In this document: piece after piece, positions 27,203-36,281 of the stretch | How positions within the stretch are numbered: position 1 is the stretch's first letter | Layout of the letters: each line of letters opens with the position of its first letter | IMG/VR virus record: IMGVR_UViG_3300032093_000017 | Source: a virus | Reading direction: 5' to 3' (one strand) | DNA length: 64,000 nt | The notes under the pieces: model-generated | The model's database searches: none | The model's input: only the letters and a program-made list of their open reading frames with translations | Told to the model about the DNA's origin: nothing | Position numbers and translations under genes: made by a program

Positions 27203-28873
27203 ATGGGAAGATACGTTAAAACTAGAATCGTTACTGATGGATTGATTTATCTGAATGATGCTGGAAACTCTAAGTCATATTCTGGTGTCGGAACAGCAAT
27301 CAAGAATTTAGTTGGATATGGTGCAACTAATACATCATTTAATCAAACATTTGTATCTTCGGGGACCAAGAGTCATTTTGTATCAACTGGAGCAACTTCT
27401 TATATAAGCAATACAAACGTAAGTGTAAGTGCTTCAACAGGTAGTGGTTTTACTATTTGTATGATGATTAAACCACAGATTTTAAATACTGTTGATGGCT
27501 GGAATTATTGGCTTGAACAATTAACTTCCAATTCATTAATAGAATTTGGAGTAATTTCAAATGGAAGTTCCAATCCATTTTATCCTCTAAATGGGGGTGC
27601 AGGAACTGCTGGATGGCAGATAAAAGATAATTTAAAAATAGAAGGACAAAAAGTATTTACTTCAGTTGGTACTACTGCTTGGACTGTTCCTGTTGGGGTA
27701 ACTTCTATCACTGCTGTTTGTGTTGGTGGTGGAGGAGGTGCTGGTGGTGGAAGTTCTTTCTATGAGGGTGCTGGTGGTGGAGGTGGTGGTCTTTCTTATG
27801 GTTCCACTGCTGTAACTCCTGGTGATACTCTTTATATTAGAGTTGGTGCGGGGGGATCGGGTGGTAGATCATATAATTATGATAATGCTGGTTCTCAAGG
27901 TGGTGCTGGAAATGCAGGAGAATCAAGTTATATAAAAACTGGATCACATTCTGAAACTTCACTTCTTGAAGGTGGTGGAGGAGGTGGTGGAGGATATGCT
28001 GGTTTTCCTGATGCAGTTGGTGGTAGTGGAGGATCTTCTAGTGGAACCATAAGGACTAATGGTGGTTCTGGTGGTGCTGGTGGTAATGGGAGTAGCCTTC
28101 GTGGTGGAGGTGGAGGTGGTGCTGGTGGATATACTGGGAATGGTGGTGCGGGTGGGAGTGGTAGCAATGCTCAAAATGGATTTGCTGGATCTGGTGGTGG
28201 AGGTGGTGGAGGTGGAAATAGTTCTGCTAATCTATTGGAAGAGGTAGTTAATCCTGGTGGTGGAGTTGGAATAAATGAAGAAGGATCTGGAGGATCTGGG
28301 GGGACTGGCAATCAAACATTATTATCTTTAAATTCTGGGTCACCTGGATCTTGGGGAAGTAGGGGAACTGCTTCAACTGGAGATTCTACTAAACAAACAA
28401 GTAGATCTGTCGGAGGTCTTTATGGTGGTGGAGGAGGTTCAAGAACTTCTGCATCAACTTATAGATTTGTTAGAGATGGAGGAAACGGTGGTCAGGGTGC
28501 AGTGAGAATTGTTTGGGGTCCCAATAGATCTTATCCAATCAATAATACAGCAAATCCCATACCAGTAACACAATATGTAGAACTTAATGGTGGAGTATAT
28601 TTTGGTGGAGGAAGTTCAACTGACTGGAATTTTGTTGTTTTTGGAGTAACAACAAACTATTATACTTTTATATCTACAAATGGAAGCAATAAAACCTTAG
28701 GTTCTTCTAATGATTGGAACACAGCACCAGAAATTAACTTAAGTAAGATTTTTGGAACAGGAACAAGTAACTATAGTTGCTTATGGAACAATTGTATGAT
28801 TTATAATCGTGAATTAACAAATGAAGAAATCCAAATAAACTTTGAAGCATTTAGACGTAAATTTGGAATCTAA
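27203..28873 (+). CDS. LamG-like protein with an inserted glycine-rich domain (probable virion protein)
   Basis: IVTDGL..DAGN..SY N-terminus and IYNRELT.EEI..NF C-terminus flank a Gly-rich module; TAAATA upstream. Confidence 0.7.
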   Translation: MGRYVKTRIVTDGLIYLNDAGNSKSYSGVGTAIKNLVGYGATNTSFNQTFVSSGTKSHFVSTGATSYISNTNVSVSASTGSGFTICMMIKPQILNTVDGWNYWLEQLTSNSLIEFGVISNGSSNPFYPLNGGAGTAGWQIKDNLKIEGQKVFTSVGTTAWTVPVGVTSITAVCVGGGGGAGGGSSFYEGAGGGGGGLSYGSTAVTPGDTLYIRVGAGGSGGRSYNYDNAGSQGGAGNAGESSYIKTGSHSETSLLEGGGGGGGGYAGFPDAVGGSGGSSSGTIRTNGGSGGAGGNGSSLRGGGGGGAGGYTGNGGAGGSGSNAQNGFAGSGGGGGGGGNSSANLLEEVVNPGGGVGINEEGSGGSGGTGNQTLLSLNSGSPGSWGSRGTASTGDSTKQTSRSVGGLYGGGGGSRTSASTYRFVRDGGNGGQGAVRIVWGPNRSYPINNTANPIPVTQYVELNGGVYFGGGSSTDWNFVVFGVTTNYYTFISTNGSNKTLGSSNDWNTAPEINLSKIFGTGTSNYSCLWNNCMIYNRELTNEEIQINFEAFRRKFGI

Positions 28874-28896
28874 ATATTCATAAGTTGCAAAAACTT

Positions 28897-29265
28897 ATGA
28901 CTCCTCTTCATTCGTCCAAAGAATACTTGTTTAATCTTTATACAACAAGTTCTGGAGAAGCAAAACGAATATGGAGGCAACATATTAAAGAACATTGGAA
29001 TCATAAATGTGCTTATTGTGATTCTGAAGAAAACCTGACCATTGATCATATAGTTCCAAGATCAAAAGGTGGAACGGATTTCACAAACAATGTTGTCTGT
29101 TGCTGCCATTCCTGCAATCAAGACAAGAAACATACTCCTTGGGAAGATTGGTTTTCCGAACAAGATTTTTTTACAGAAGAAAAAAGACGTGCTATACTAA
29201 AATGGATGCACAATAAGAAGGAGCAAGTGCTCTATAAATATCCACAAAGACAAAATAAAGTTTAA
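28897..29265 (+). CDS. HNH endonuclease
   Basis: CAYC...TIDHIVPRSKGG...NVVCCCHSCN. Confidence 0.85.
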   Translation: MTPLHSSKEYLFNLYTTSSGEAKRIWRQHIKEHWNHKCAYCDSEENLTIDHIVPRSKGGTDFTNNVVCCCHSCNQDKKHTPWEDWFSEQDFFTEEKRRAILKWMHNKKEQVLYKYPQRQNKV

Positions 29266-29272
29266 AAGTATT

Positions 29273-29521
29273 ATGAATTTTACAATTTATTCAAAGCAAG
29301 GTTGCCCCTATTGTGATAAGGTTAAAATGGTTTTAACTCTTTTGAGTGAAACAAAGAAATACAATGTTATTTCTTATGAACTTAATACAGATTTCAATAG
29401 AGAACAATTTTATGCAGAATTTGGAGAAGGTTCAACTTTTCCTCAAGTTATTCTAAACGATAAACATATTGGTGGATGTACTGATACAATCACATACTTA
29501 CAAGAAAATAATATGCTCTGA
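29273..29521 (+). CDS. nrdC: Glutaredoxin
   Basis: CPYC, TFPQV and IGG motifs. Confidence 0.9.
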   Translation: MNFTIYSKQGCPYCDKVKMVLTLLSETKKYNVISYELNTDFNREQFYAEFGEGSTFPQVILNDKHIGGCTDTITYLQENNML

Positions 29522-29523
29522 TC

Positions 29524-29709
29524 GTGTCCATAAATAATTCTGAAAATTATAGCATTAATCGTGGTTTTGAGTTAATGCTTAGAAAAAAAGGAGGAGAGGA
29601 AAAAGAAACAAAATTGATACCAAAAACTTTCAATTTTGAAAAAGTATTTTCTCTACTCAAAAGAGAGATATACCTCAAAATTGAATTAGATATAATGAAA
29701 AAAAAGTAG
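29524..29709 (+). CDS. Hypothetical protein
   Basis: ORF within the operon. Confidence 0.5.
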   Translation: MSINNSENYSINRGFELMLRKKGGEEKETKLIPKTFNFEKVFSLLKREIYLKIELDIMKKK

Positions 29710-29726
29710 TCTCTCGGAGAAGATCA

Positions 29727-29963
29727 ATGACAGCAACATATTTAGTGTTTGGTTCTTTTTTAATTGTTTTATTTTTTATGGTGGGACTTTTTATCGGATG
29801 GAGTGCCAGAGAATATATGATGAACTATCAAGAAGGACCAAAACAAATTGCTTATCATCCAGAGTTTTACAATAAAAATGGTGAGTTAATTGATCAAGAA
29901 ATTGTTTCAGTAAGATTTGATCCTGATTATTTTATTGATGAAGATGATAGTGATAATGATTGA
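29727..29963 (+). CDS. Membrane hypothetical protein
   Basis: TM helix followed by HPEFY..NG; GGAG RBS. Confidence 0.6.
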   Translation: MTATYLVFGSFLIVLFFMVGLFIGWSAREYMMNYQEGPKQIAYHPEFYNKNGELIDQEIVSVRFDPDYFIDEDDSDND

Positions 29964-30000
29964 TAAATAAATTTAATTAATTTAATTCTGCATTAATTTT

Positions 30001-30591
30001 ATGACAATGACAGTAAAAGAAAAAACAACGACTAAAAGAACCACTTCAAAAGCAAAAGAAGTTGTAAATGAAAATATAGATCTTCCTGCAAATCCTTTTG
30101 CTTTTGAGGTTTTGAATCTTGCAAGTTCCCAGAGAACTAATGCAAAAAAAGTTGAGATTCTTAAAAAATATGAACACGATTCATTGAAAGCAATTTTTAT
30201 TTGGAATTTTGATGAGTCAGTAATTTCACTTTTACCAGAAGGAGAAGTTCCTTTTTTTGGTGATAATACAATGAAGACAACAACAATGTCTGAAAGAATT
30301 GAAGATTCAATTAGGCAAATGTCTGATTCTTCAATTGGAGCAATTGATCAAAAGTATTCCACTCTCAGAAAAGAATATACATTGCTTTATAATTTTGTAA
30401 AGGGTGGAAACGATTCATTAAATGGAATTCGCAGAGAGAGCATTTTTGTTAATTTGTTAGAGGGAATTCATCCTCTTGAAGCAGAAATTATTTGTCTTTG
30501 TAAGGATAAAAAATTACAAACAAAATATAAAATTACCAAAGAGATAGTTTCTGAAGCATATCCAGATATTACTTGGGGTAATAGAAGTTGA
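30001..30591 (+). CDS. Conserved T4-like phage hypothetical protein
   Basis: LPEGEVP and RRESIF..LLEGIHP.EAE motifs. Confidence 0.7.
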   Translation: MTMTVKEKTTTKRTTSKAKEVVNENIDLPANPFAFEVLNLASSQRTNAKKVEILKKYEHDSLKAIFIWNFDESVISLLPEGEVPFFGDNTMKTTTMSERIEDSIRQMSDSSIGAIDQKYSTLRKEYTLLYNFVKGGNDSLNGIRRESIFVNLLEGIHPLEAEIICLCKDKKLQTKYKITKEIVSEAYPDITWGNRS

Positions 30592-30851
30592 TTATGGTTT
30601 TAATACATAAAAATTGTGATCCATCTGTGGCAAACAATAAATCTTTGCCGAGAAATTCTTACTTGGTTGCATATCAAGAAAGTAATGAAAAAAAATATGA
30701 TATTGTTCAAGCAGGTTCTTTTGTAGAAGTATTTGATAATTACTATGATCAATATGGAAAAGGATGTATTTTAAATATCAAATGGTCAGAAGGAACAGTA
30801 AATCCAAAGTCATATAACTATCAAGTTAAAGATAAAAAATCAAAAAAATAG
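30588..30851 (+). CDS. Hypothetical protein
   Basis: ORF followed by a terminator. Confidence 0.6.
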   Translation: MIMVLIHKNCDPSVANNKSLPRNSYLVAYQESNEKKYDIVQAGSFVEVFDNYYDQYGKGCILNIKWSEGTVNPKSYNYQVKDKKSKK

Positions 30852-30860
30852 TTTGGAATG

Positions 30861-30883
30861 GGGGTTGATACAACCCCTTTTTT
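30861..30883 (+). terminator. Intrinsic terminator
   Basis: GGGGTTG-ATA-CAACCCC followed by T6. Confidence 0.8.
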
Positions 30884-30914
30884 GTGTTAAAATTTTGAGA
30901 GAGATTAGTATCTT

Positions 30915-31079
30915 ATGGACAGAGAAAAACTAAAACTAATTGTCCGTAATCTTGAATTGTTGGTTGATTCTCTAAAGGCAGAAATCTATTCTGATGTCTC
31001 TGCTTATAAACCTAAAGAACCAATGGGAAAAAGACCAATTTTAGATTACGACGAAATCTTTGAGGATAATAATGACTGA
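30915..31079 (+). CDS. Hypothetical protein (54 aa)
   Basis: MDREKLKLIVRNLELLVDSLKAEIYSD... Confidence 0.6.
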   Translation: MDREKLKLIVRNLELLVDSLKAEIYSDVSAYKPKEPMGKRPILDYDEIFEDNND

Positions 31080-31245
31080 TACTGGAAGAGCAAAGAAACT
31101 TGTAAAACTTCTTGAGAGGTTAATTAATCAAGATCATCTTTATACGGATGATAAAATAAAAGAAATGAAAGCACAACTTCGTACTGTAAAAGAAGAAATT
31201 GCACAATTAGAAGCAAAAACATCAAAAGGATTTGGAAAGAAATGA
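31072..31245 (+). CDS. Hypothetical coiled-coil protein
   Basis: MTDTGRAKKL...KGFGKK; GAGG RBS. Confidence 0.6.
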   Translation: MTDTGRAKKLVKLLERLINQDHLYTDDKIKEMKAQLRTVKEEIAQLEAKTSKGFGKK

Positions 31246-31997
31246 AACCAATTAAAGCAAAAGACCTTCTTGAATTAGATAAGGAAATGAAAGTTGTGAT
31301 GCTTAATCAAACACAACTTCCACAAACTCTTGTTTATCAGGGTGGAAAAAATGATTACTCTGAAGAACCTATTCATACAAAGATTCCACCAAATGAAAAG
31401 GACTGTGGTAAATGGGTTATTGAGCAATTACTTGCAAATGAACGTGGGCACTGGGGTCCATTGGAGCATCCTGCGATTACTTTGGATTGCGTTGGATTTG
31501 TTCATAATGTAATGGTTCAGGCACGAACTCATCGTGTTGGTGTGTCTTTTGATGTTCAATCTCAACGTTATACTGGTCGTCGTGTATTGAAAGTTGCAAG
31601 TGGAGATCTTAAACCAGAAAAGGTGTATTATGTGCGTCCAGAAGGTCTCTACCTTGACCGTAAAGGGCATAAGTACGAATGGACAAGGGAAGATTATGAA
31701 AGGCAGTTAAAGTTCTGTCTGGCAGCATCTGAGAGATATGCAGAAGGTTATAATACTCGTGGTATGGCAGAAGAACATCTTCGTGATTATCTTCCACAGA
31801 ATATTCGTCAAAACTTTGTAGTCTCATTCTCACTTCGTGCTGCACTTCACTTTCTTGATCTTCGTGCAAAGTTGGATGCTCAAGTAGAAATTCAGGCACT
31901 TTGTGAGGCAATGGTCCCTATTATTAAAGAATGGGTTCCTGAGATTTTTAGTTATTATGAAGAGAAGCGTCTCCATAAAGCACGTTTGAGTCCCTGA
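31242..31997 (+). CDS. thyX: Flavin-dependent thymidylate synthase
   Basis: GHWGPLEH, QARTHR...QSQRY and AQVEI motifs. Confidence 0.9.
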   Translation: MKPIKAKDLLELDKEMKVVMLNQTQLPQTLVYQGGKNDYSEEPIHTKIPPNEKDCGKWVIEQLLANERGHWGPLEHPAITLDCVGFVHNVMVQARTHRVGVSFDVQSQRYTGRRVLKVASGDLKPEKVYYVRPEGLYLDRKGHKYEWTREDYERQLKFCLAASERYAEGYNTRGMAEEHLRDYLPQNIRQNFVVSFSLRAALHFLDLRAKLDAQVEIQALCEAMVPIIKEWVPEIFSYYEEKRLHKARLSP

Positions 31998-32027
31998 TCT
32001 AAATAATCGTACATATTATTTTAACAA

Positions 32028-32270
32028 ATGGCAATATATCCAATTATTCACAAAGAAACTGGTGAAACCAAAGTGATTGAAATGAGTGTCAATGACATTA
32101 TGCAATGGTATAAAGACAATCCTCAATGGACAAGAGATTGGTCTCAGGGTTGTGCTTCTCCAGGAGAAGTAGGTGATTTATTGAGCAAACACGTTAGTAG
32201 AAACCCAGGATGGAATGATGTCCTCCGTAAAGTTTCAAAAGTTCCAGGTGCAAATGTAAAACCAATTTAA
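32028..32270 (+). CDS. Conserved hypothetical protein
   Basis: ORF before phoH; TAAATA upstream. Confidence 0.6.
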   Translation: MAIYPIIHKETGETKVIEMSVNDIMQWYKDNPQWTRDWSQGCASPGEVGDLLSKHVSRNPGWNDVLRKVSKVPGANVKPI

Positions 32271-32272
32271 CT

Positions 32273-33031
32273 ATGGCAAGAAAAAGAAGAAGCAATGATA
32301 ATCAACCAATCGGAGTTGGTTATACCTCCAAACAAATGAAGAGGAGAAAACCAATCAGTTCTGACTATCTGATTGATGTTGAACCTTTAACAGAGAATCA
32401 AAGAAAACTTTTTGAATCATATCAAAACGGAAAACATTTGGTTGCTTATGGTTGTGCTGGTACTGGTAAAACATTCATCAGTCTCTACAATGCACTTAAA
32501 GATGTATTAGATGAAACTACACCATACGAACAAATTTATGTTGTTCGTTCTCTTGTAGCAACTCGTGAGATTGGATTTCTTCCAGGGGATCATGACGATA
32601 AGTCTGCTCTTTACCAGATTCCTTATAAGAATATGGTAAAGTATATGTTCCAGATGCCAAGTGATGTTGATTTTGAGATGCTTTATGGTAATCTTAAATC
32701 TCAAGAAACTGTAAAGTTTTGGAGTACATCTTTTATTCGTGGCACAACTCTTGACAATTCAGTCATTATTGTTGATGAATATCAGAATCTTAATTTTCAC
32801 GAATTGGATTCTATCATTACTCGTGTTGGTGAAAACAGTAGAATTATTTTTTGTGGAGATGCTACTCAATCTGATTTGGTTAAAACAAATGAAAGAAATG
32901 GCATTAGTGATTTTATGAATATTCTAAGAAAGATGGATTCTTTTGATATTATTGAATTTGGAGTAGATGATATTTGTAGATCTGGACTTGTTAAAGAATA
33001 TATTGTTGCTAAACTTGAAGCAGGTTATTAA
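32273..33031 (+). CDS. phoH: PhoH-family ATPase
   Basis: GCAGTGKT, IGFLPG, RGTT, DEYQN and GD..QSD motifs. Confidence 0.95.
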   Translation: MARKRRSNDNQPIGVGYTSKQMKRRKPISSDYLIDVEPLTENQRKLFESYQNGKHLVAYGCAGTGKTFISLYNALKDVLDETTPYEQIYVVRSLVATREIGFLPGDHDDKSALYQIPYKNMVKYMFQMPSDVDFEMLYGNLKSQETVKFWSTSFIRGTTLDNSVIIVDEYQNLNFHELDSIITRVGENSRIIFCGDATQSDLVKTNERNGISDFMNILRKMDSFDIIEFGVDDICRSGLVKEYIVAKLEAGY

Positions 33032-33771
33032 TGCCCAATCCTTTAATTGAAAAATATAATGAACTATATGGTTCAAAGCAAAAGAAAATAGAAAGATTTA
33101 AATATGTGAATTTGAATCTCCCTCAATTGGAGAGGGAGACCATTGATGGAGTTCGTTATTATAAGGTTCCAAATGAAGACCAGTTAATTAAATTGGTCTC
33201 CATTACTTCTGTAACCAGTCATAAGAACCGTCAGTTTTTTGCTGATTGGAGAAAAAAAGTAGGAGAAGAACAAGCAAATAAAATCACAAAGCAAGCAACC
33301 AGTCGTGGGACTGATATGCATACACTTGCTGAAATGTATTTGAAGAATGAAGAGTTTAATTCTGAGGTTCTTCCAATTTCGCAAATGTTATTTGGAATTG
33401 CGAAACCTTATTTGAATAAGATAAATAATATTCACGCACTTGAAAATTCTTTGTATAGCAAAGTTTTAGGTATTGCGGGAACTGTTGATTGTATTGCCGA
33501 ATACAATGGTGAATTAGCAGTTATTGACTTTAAAACTTCTAAGAAACCAAAACCAAGAGATTGGATTGAGCATTATTTCGTTCAATGTGCTGCTTATGCT
33601 TGCATGTTATATGAAATGACTGGTATAATGGTAAAGAAATTTGTCATCATTATGGCTTGTGAAAATGGAGAATGCGAAATTTATGAAGAATACGACAAAG
33701 GAAAGTACATCAAGTTACTCACCGAATATATTAGAGAATTTGTTAGAGATAAACTTCAGCAATATGAATGA
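33031..33771 (+). CDS. PD-(D/E)XK exonuclease
   Basis: RGT.MH, GTVDC, IDFKTS and Q..AYA motifs. Confidence 0.85.
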   Translation: MPNPLIEKYNELYGSKQKKIERFKYVNLNLPQLERETIDGVRYYKVPNEDQLIKLVSITSVTSHKNRQFFADWRKKVGEEQANKITKQATSRGTDMHTLAEMYLKNEEFNSEVLPISQMLFGIAKPYLNKINNIHALENSLYSKVLGIAGTVDCIAEYNGELAVIDFKTSKKPKPRDWIEHYFVQCAAYACMLYEMTGIMVKKFVIIMACENGECEIYEEYDKGKYIKLLTEYIREFVRDKLQQYE

Positions 33772-34018
33772 TAAACTCAAGGAAGAATTAAATAACAAGT
33801 TTCTATGTCCTCAAAAGTTCGCTCAGGATATAGAGAATATTGTCAAAGAATCTAAAATCAATTATATTGATGCAATCGTCACATATTGTGAAGAAAATAG
33901 TATTGAAATTGATACTATATCTAAATTAGTTTCTAAACCATTGAAAGAGAAACTTAAAAATGATGCTATGGAATTGAATTTTTTGAAAAAAACTACTCGT
34001 GCTAAATTGCCATTGTGA
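33764..34018 (+). CDS. gp33: Late transcription coactivator gp33
   Basis: YIDAI..YCEEN.IE...KLVSKPLKEK..A..LNF; synteny. Confidence 0.85.
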   Translation: MNDKLKEELNNKFLCPQKFAQDIENIVKESKINYIDAIVTYCEENSIEIDTISKLVSKPLKEKLKNDAMELNFLKKTTRAKLPL

Positions 34019-34605
34019 CTCCTTTTGATGTATATAAAACTTACTTAGCATTCAAAAATCATTTTACAAAAGAAAATTACGATTACTTTAAATATTGTGG
34101 AAAGTCCAGAGCATCTCTGGACTCTTTTCATAAGAGGAAGGATAGGTATTTCTTTGAACGAACTTCCAGACAGAAAAATGATGATGAAATCAAAGCATAT
34201 TTTGTAGCAAACTTTGCAGAATGTAATGACACTCAATCTTTATGGATTGGTGAAATCATTGAGAATGGGGAACAAGTTTATACAAATTGGTTGAAAAAAA
34301 CTCAAAGTCTTTTTTACTTATTCAAAACAGAAGCAGAAATCTTTATAAACAAAGATAGTTTTGTGGAATTATTTGAGATAAAAAACAATCAACATCCAGA
34401 AATTCTCAAAAAGTATTTTCAAAAAGCAATCAGTTTGGAGACAATGGTTATATTGGATATGATATTGGGTTATGTGAAAAAGTTTGATAAGAAACTAACA
34501 GACCCAGTGTGGGAAACCGTCAGTCTGAGAATTCGCAAGTATCAACCTTTTCTAAATATTGATGTAGCAAAGTATAAACAAATTGTCAAGGAGATTGTTT
34601 TATGA
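34015..34605 (+). CDS. gp59: Helicase loader gp59
   Basis: YLAFKNHF...YDYFKY.GK...KRKDRYFF; synteny. Confidence 0.85.
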   Translation: MTPFDVYKTYLAFKNHFTKENYDYFKYCGKSRASLDSFHKRKDRYFFERTSRQKNDDEIKAYFVANFAECNDTQSLWIGEIIENGEQVYTNWLKKTQSLFYLFKTEAEIFINKDSFVELFEIKNNQHPEILKKYFQKAISLETMVILDMILGYVKKFDKKLTDPVWETVSLRIRKYQPFLNIDVAKYKQIVKEIVL

Positions 34606-34934
34606 GTGGATTTTTTGATTCAGAACAGGTCAGAGAATCTTTGTTTGAACTTGATGAACTTCAACACAAACTTTTTAGTGAATTATTTGAAATTCCTTTT
34701 TCCGATTCGGATAAAAAAAAGGACCTTCTAGAAACAATGAAGAATTTTTTAGAAAAACAAAAAGTCTTTATTTTTAGATTATCCCTATCTAATGACCCAG
34801 AAGCAATAGAAATGAAGAATCGAATTCTTGATTCTGCTTTATTATTTGGATTAGAACCAGGAGACAATATCAATACATTCTTTGCGAAAATGGAAGAGTC
34901 GATTGAAAACCTAGAAAAGACCCTTGACGACTGA
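34602..34934 (+). CDS. Conserved cyanophage protein (DUF1825-like)
   Basis: FFDSEQVR...RLSLS.DPEA. Confidence 0.6.
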   Translation: MSGFFDSEQVRESLFELDELQHKLFSELFEIPFSDSDKKKDLLETMKNFLEKQKVFIFRLSLSNDPEAIEMKNRILDSALLFGLEPGDNINTFFAKMEESIENLEKTLDD

Positions 34935-35005
34935 CCTTATATCTGCTATAATTAATACGGATAATACATCCAATACTCTCAATACAAAAAATACGGAGAA
35001 TACAA
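34924..35005 (+). promoter_or_regulatory. gp32 promoter and periodic AATAC leader
   Basis: TTGACG-17 nt-TATAAT; six AATAC copies at a 9-nt period. Confidence 0.75.
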
Positions 35006-35941
35006 ATGTCATTTGCTGATTTGAAGAAGCAATCAAAACTGGGTTCTTTGACCGAGAAACTCATCAAACAAGTTGAAAAACTCAACGACGGTGGTTCCAA
35101 AGATGATGATCGTTTTTGGAAACCTGTAATGGATAAAGGTGGAACTGGTTCTGCTGTAATCCGTTTTCTTCCTGCTCCCGAAGGTTGTGATCTACCTTGG
35201 GCTCAGGTCTGGTCTCACGCATTTCAAGGAACTGGTGGTTGGTTGATTGATAACTGTCTCACAACTTTGGGACAAAACTGTCCTGTATGTGAAGCAAACC
35301 GAGAACTTTGGAATACTGGTAGTAAAGATAATCAAAATATTGTTCGTGATCGCAAGCGCAAGCTTTCGTATTTCGCAAACATCTATGTTGTAAAAGATCC
35401 TGCGAACCCTGCGAATGAAGGACGAGTGTTCCTTTATAAGTTTGGTAAGAAAATCTTTGATAAGATTATGGCTTCTATGCAACCAGAGTTTGATGATGAA
35501 GAACCAATCAATCCTTTTGATTTCTGGAAGGGTGCTAACTTCAAACTGAAGTTGGTTAAGAAAGATGGTTATTGGAACTATGATAAATCTGAATTTGCAT
35601 CACCTTCTGCTCTTCTTGATGACGATGATGAACTGGAAGCAATCTACAAATCACTCAACAACTTGAATGATTTTGTTGCTCCAAGTGAATTCAAGTCTTA
35701 TGAAGATTTGAAGAAACGTCTTGATTATACACTTGGCCTCAAGGGAACTCCCAAAATGCAGGATCCTGAGACTATTGGTGAGGAACAAGAATGGGAAAAT
35801 GAAAGAACTGGAAAGTCTTCTGAACTTCCTAGCAATCTCCGTTCAGAACTGAATAGTTTGAGTTCTAGTAAGTCTTCCAGTAGTGAAGACGATGATGAGG
35901 ATGATGCTCTCTCATATTTCCAAAAATTAGCAGAAAGTTGA
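35006..35941 (+). CDS. gp32: Single-stranded DNA-binding protein gp32
   Basis: DDRFWK, AVIRFLP, CPVC and YKFGKKIFDKI motifs; acidic tail. Confidence 0.95.
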   Translation: MSFADLKKQSKLGSLTEKLIKQVEKLNDGGSKDDDRFWKPVMDKGGTGSAVIRFLPAPEGCDLPWAQVWSHAFQGTGGWLIDNCLTTLGQNCPVCEANRELWNTGSKDNQNIVRDRKRKLSYFANIYVVKDPANPANEGRVFLYKFGKKIFDKIMASMQPEFDDEEPINPFDFWKGANFKLKLVKKDGYWNYDKSEFASPSALLDDDDELEAIYKSLNNLNDFVAPSEFKSYEDLKKRLDYTLGLKGTPKMQDPETIGEEQEWENERTGKSSELPSNLRSELNSLSSSKSSSSEDDDEDDALSYFQKLAES

Positions 35942-35948
35942 AATCATT

Positions 35949-35975
35949 AAGGGAGGTTTATAACCTCCCTTTTTT
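35949..35975. terminator. Terminator between convergent genes
   Basis: AAGGGAGGTT-TAT-AACCTCCCTT followed by a T tract. Confidence 0.8.
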
Positions 35976-36267
35976 ATACCCCTGTGATTTTTGGATTATA
36001 ACCACGTTTAGTTGTTTGATTAATGTATTGAGATGACTCATCATATTTCATAATATTCTTTGTATCACTTATGAATACTGAAAGAAATTCTGGTTTTAGA
36101 ATTAAAATAAGTCTTTTCTTTTCATTTTGGTCAACCTCATATTCATAATTTGAAACTGCTTTAAAGTTATCTTTTGTTGATACTACGTTTCCTGTTGGTG
36201 CAGTAATTTTAGTATCTTGTTTTTCTGTAGATACTTTTATTTTTACGCCAGGTAATGGAGTTGCCAT
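35974..36267 (-). CDS. C-terminal part of baseplate wedge gp53 as a separate ORF
   Basis: VSNYEYE...NEKKR.I.ILKPE motif. Confidence 0.65.
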   Translation of the reverse strand: MATPLPGVKIKVSTEKQDTKITAPTGNVVSTKDNFKAVSNYEYEVDQNEKKRLILILKPEFLSVFISDTKNIMKYDESSQYINQTTKRGYNPKITGV

Positions 36268-36281
36268 TTTTTTATTTTTAT

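Noticed and set aside
33031-33771. Cas4-like nuclease as a sign of CRISPR
   Set aside because: Standard T4-like exonuclease between phoH and gp33; no array nearby
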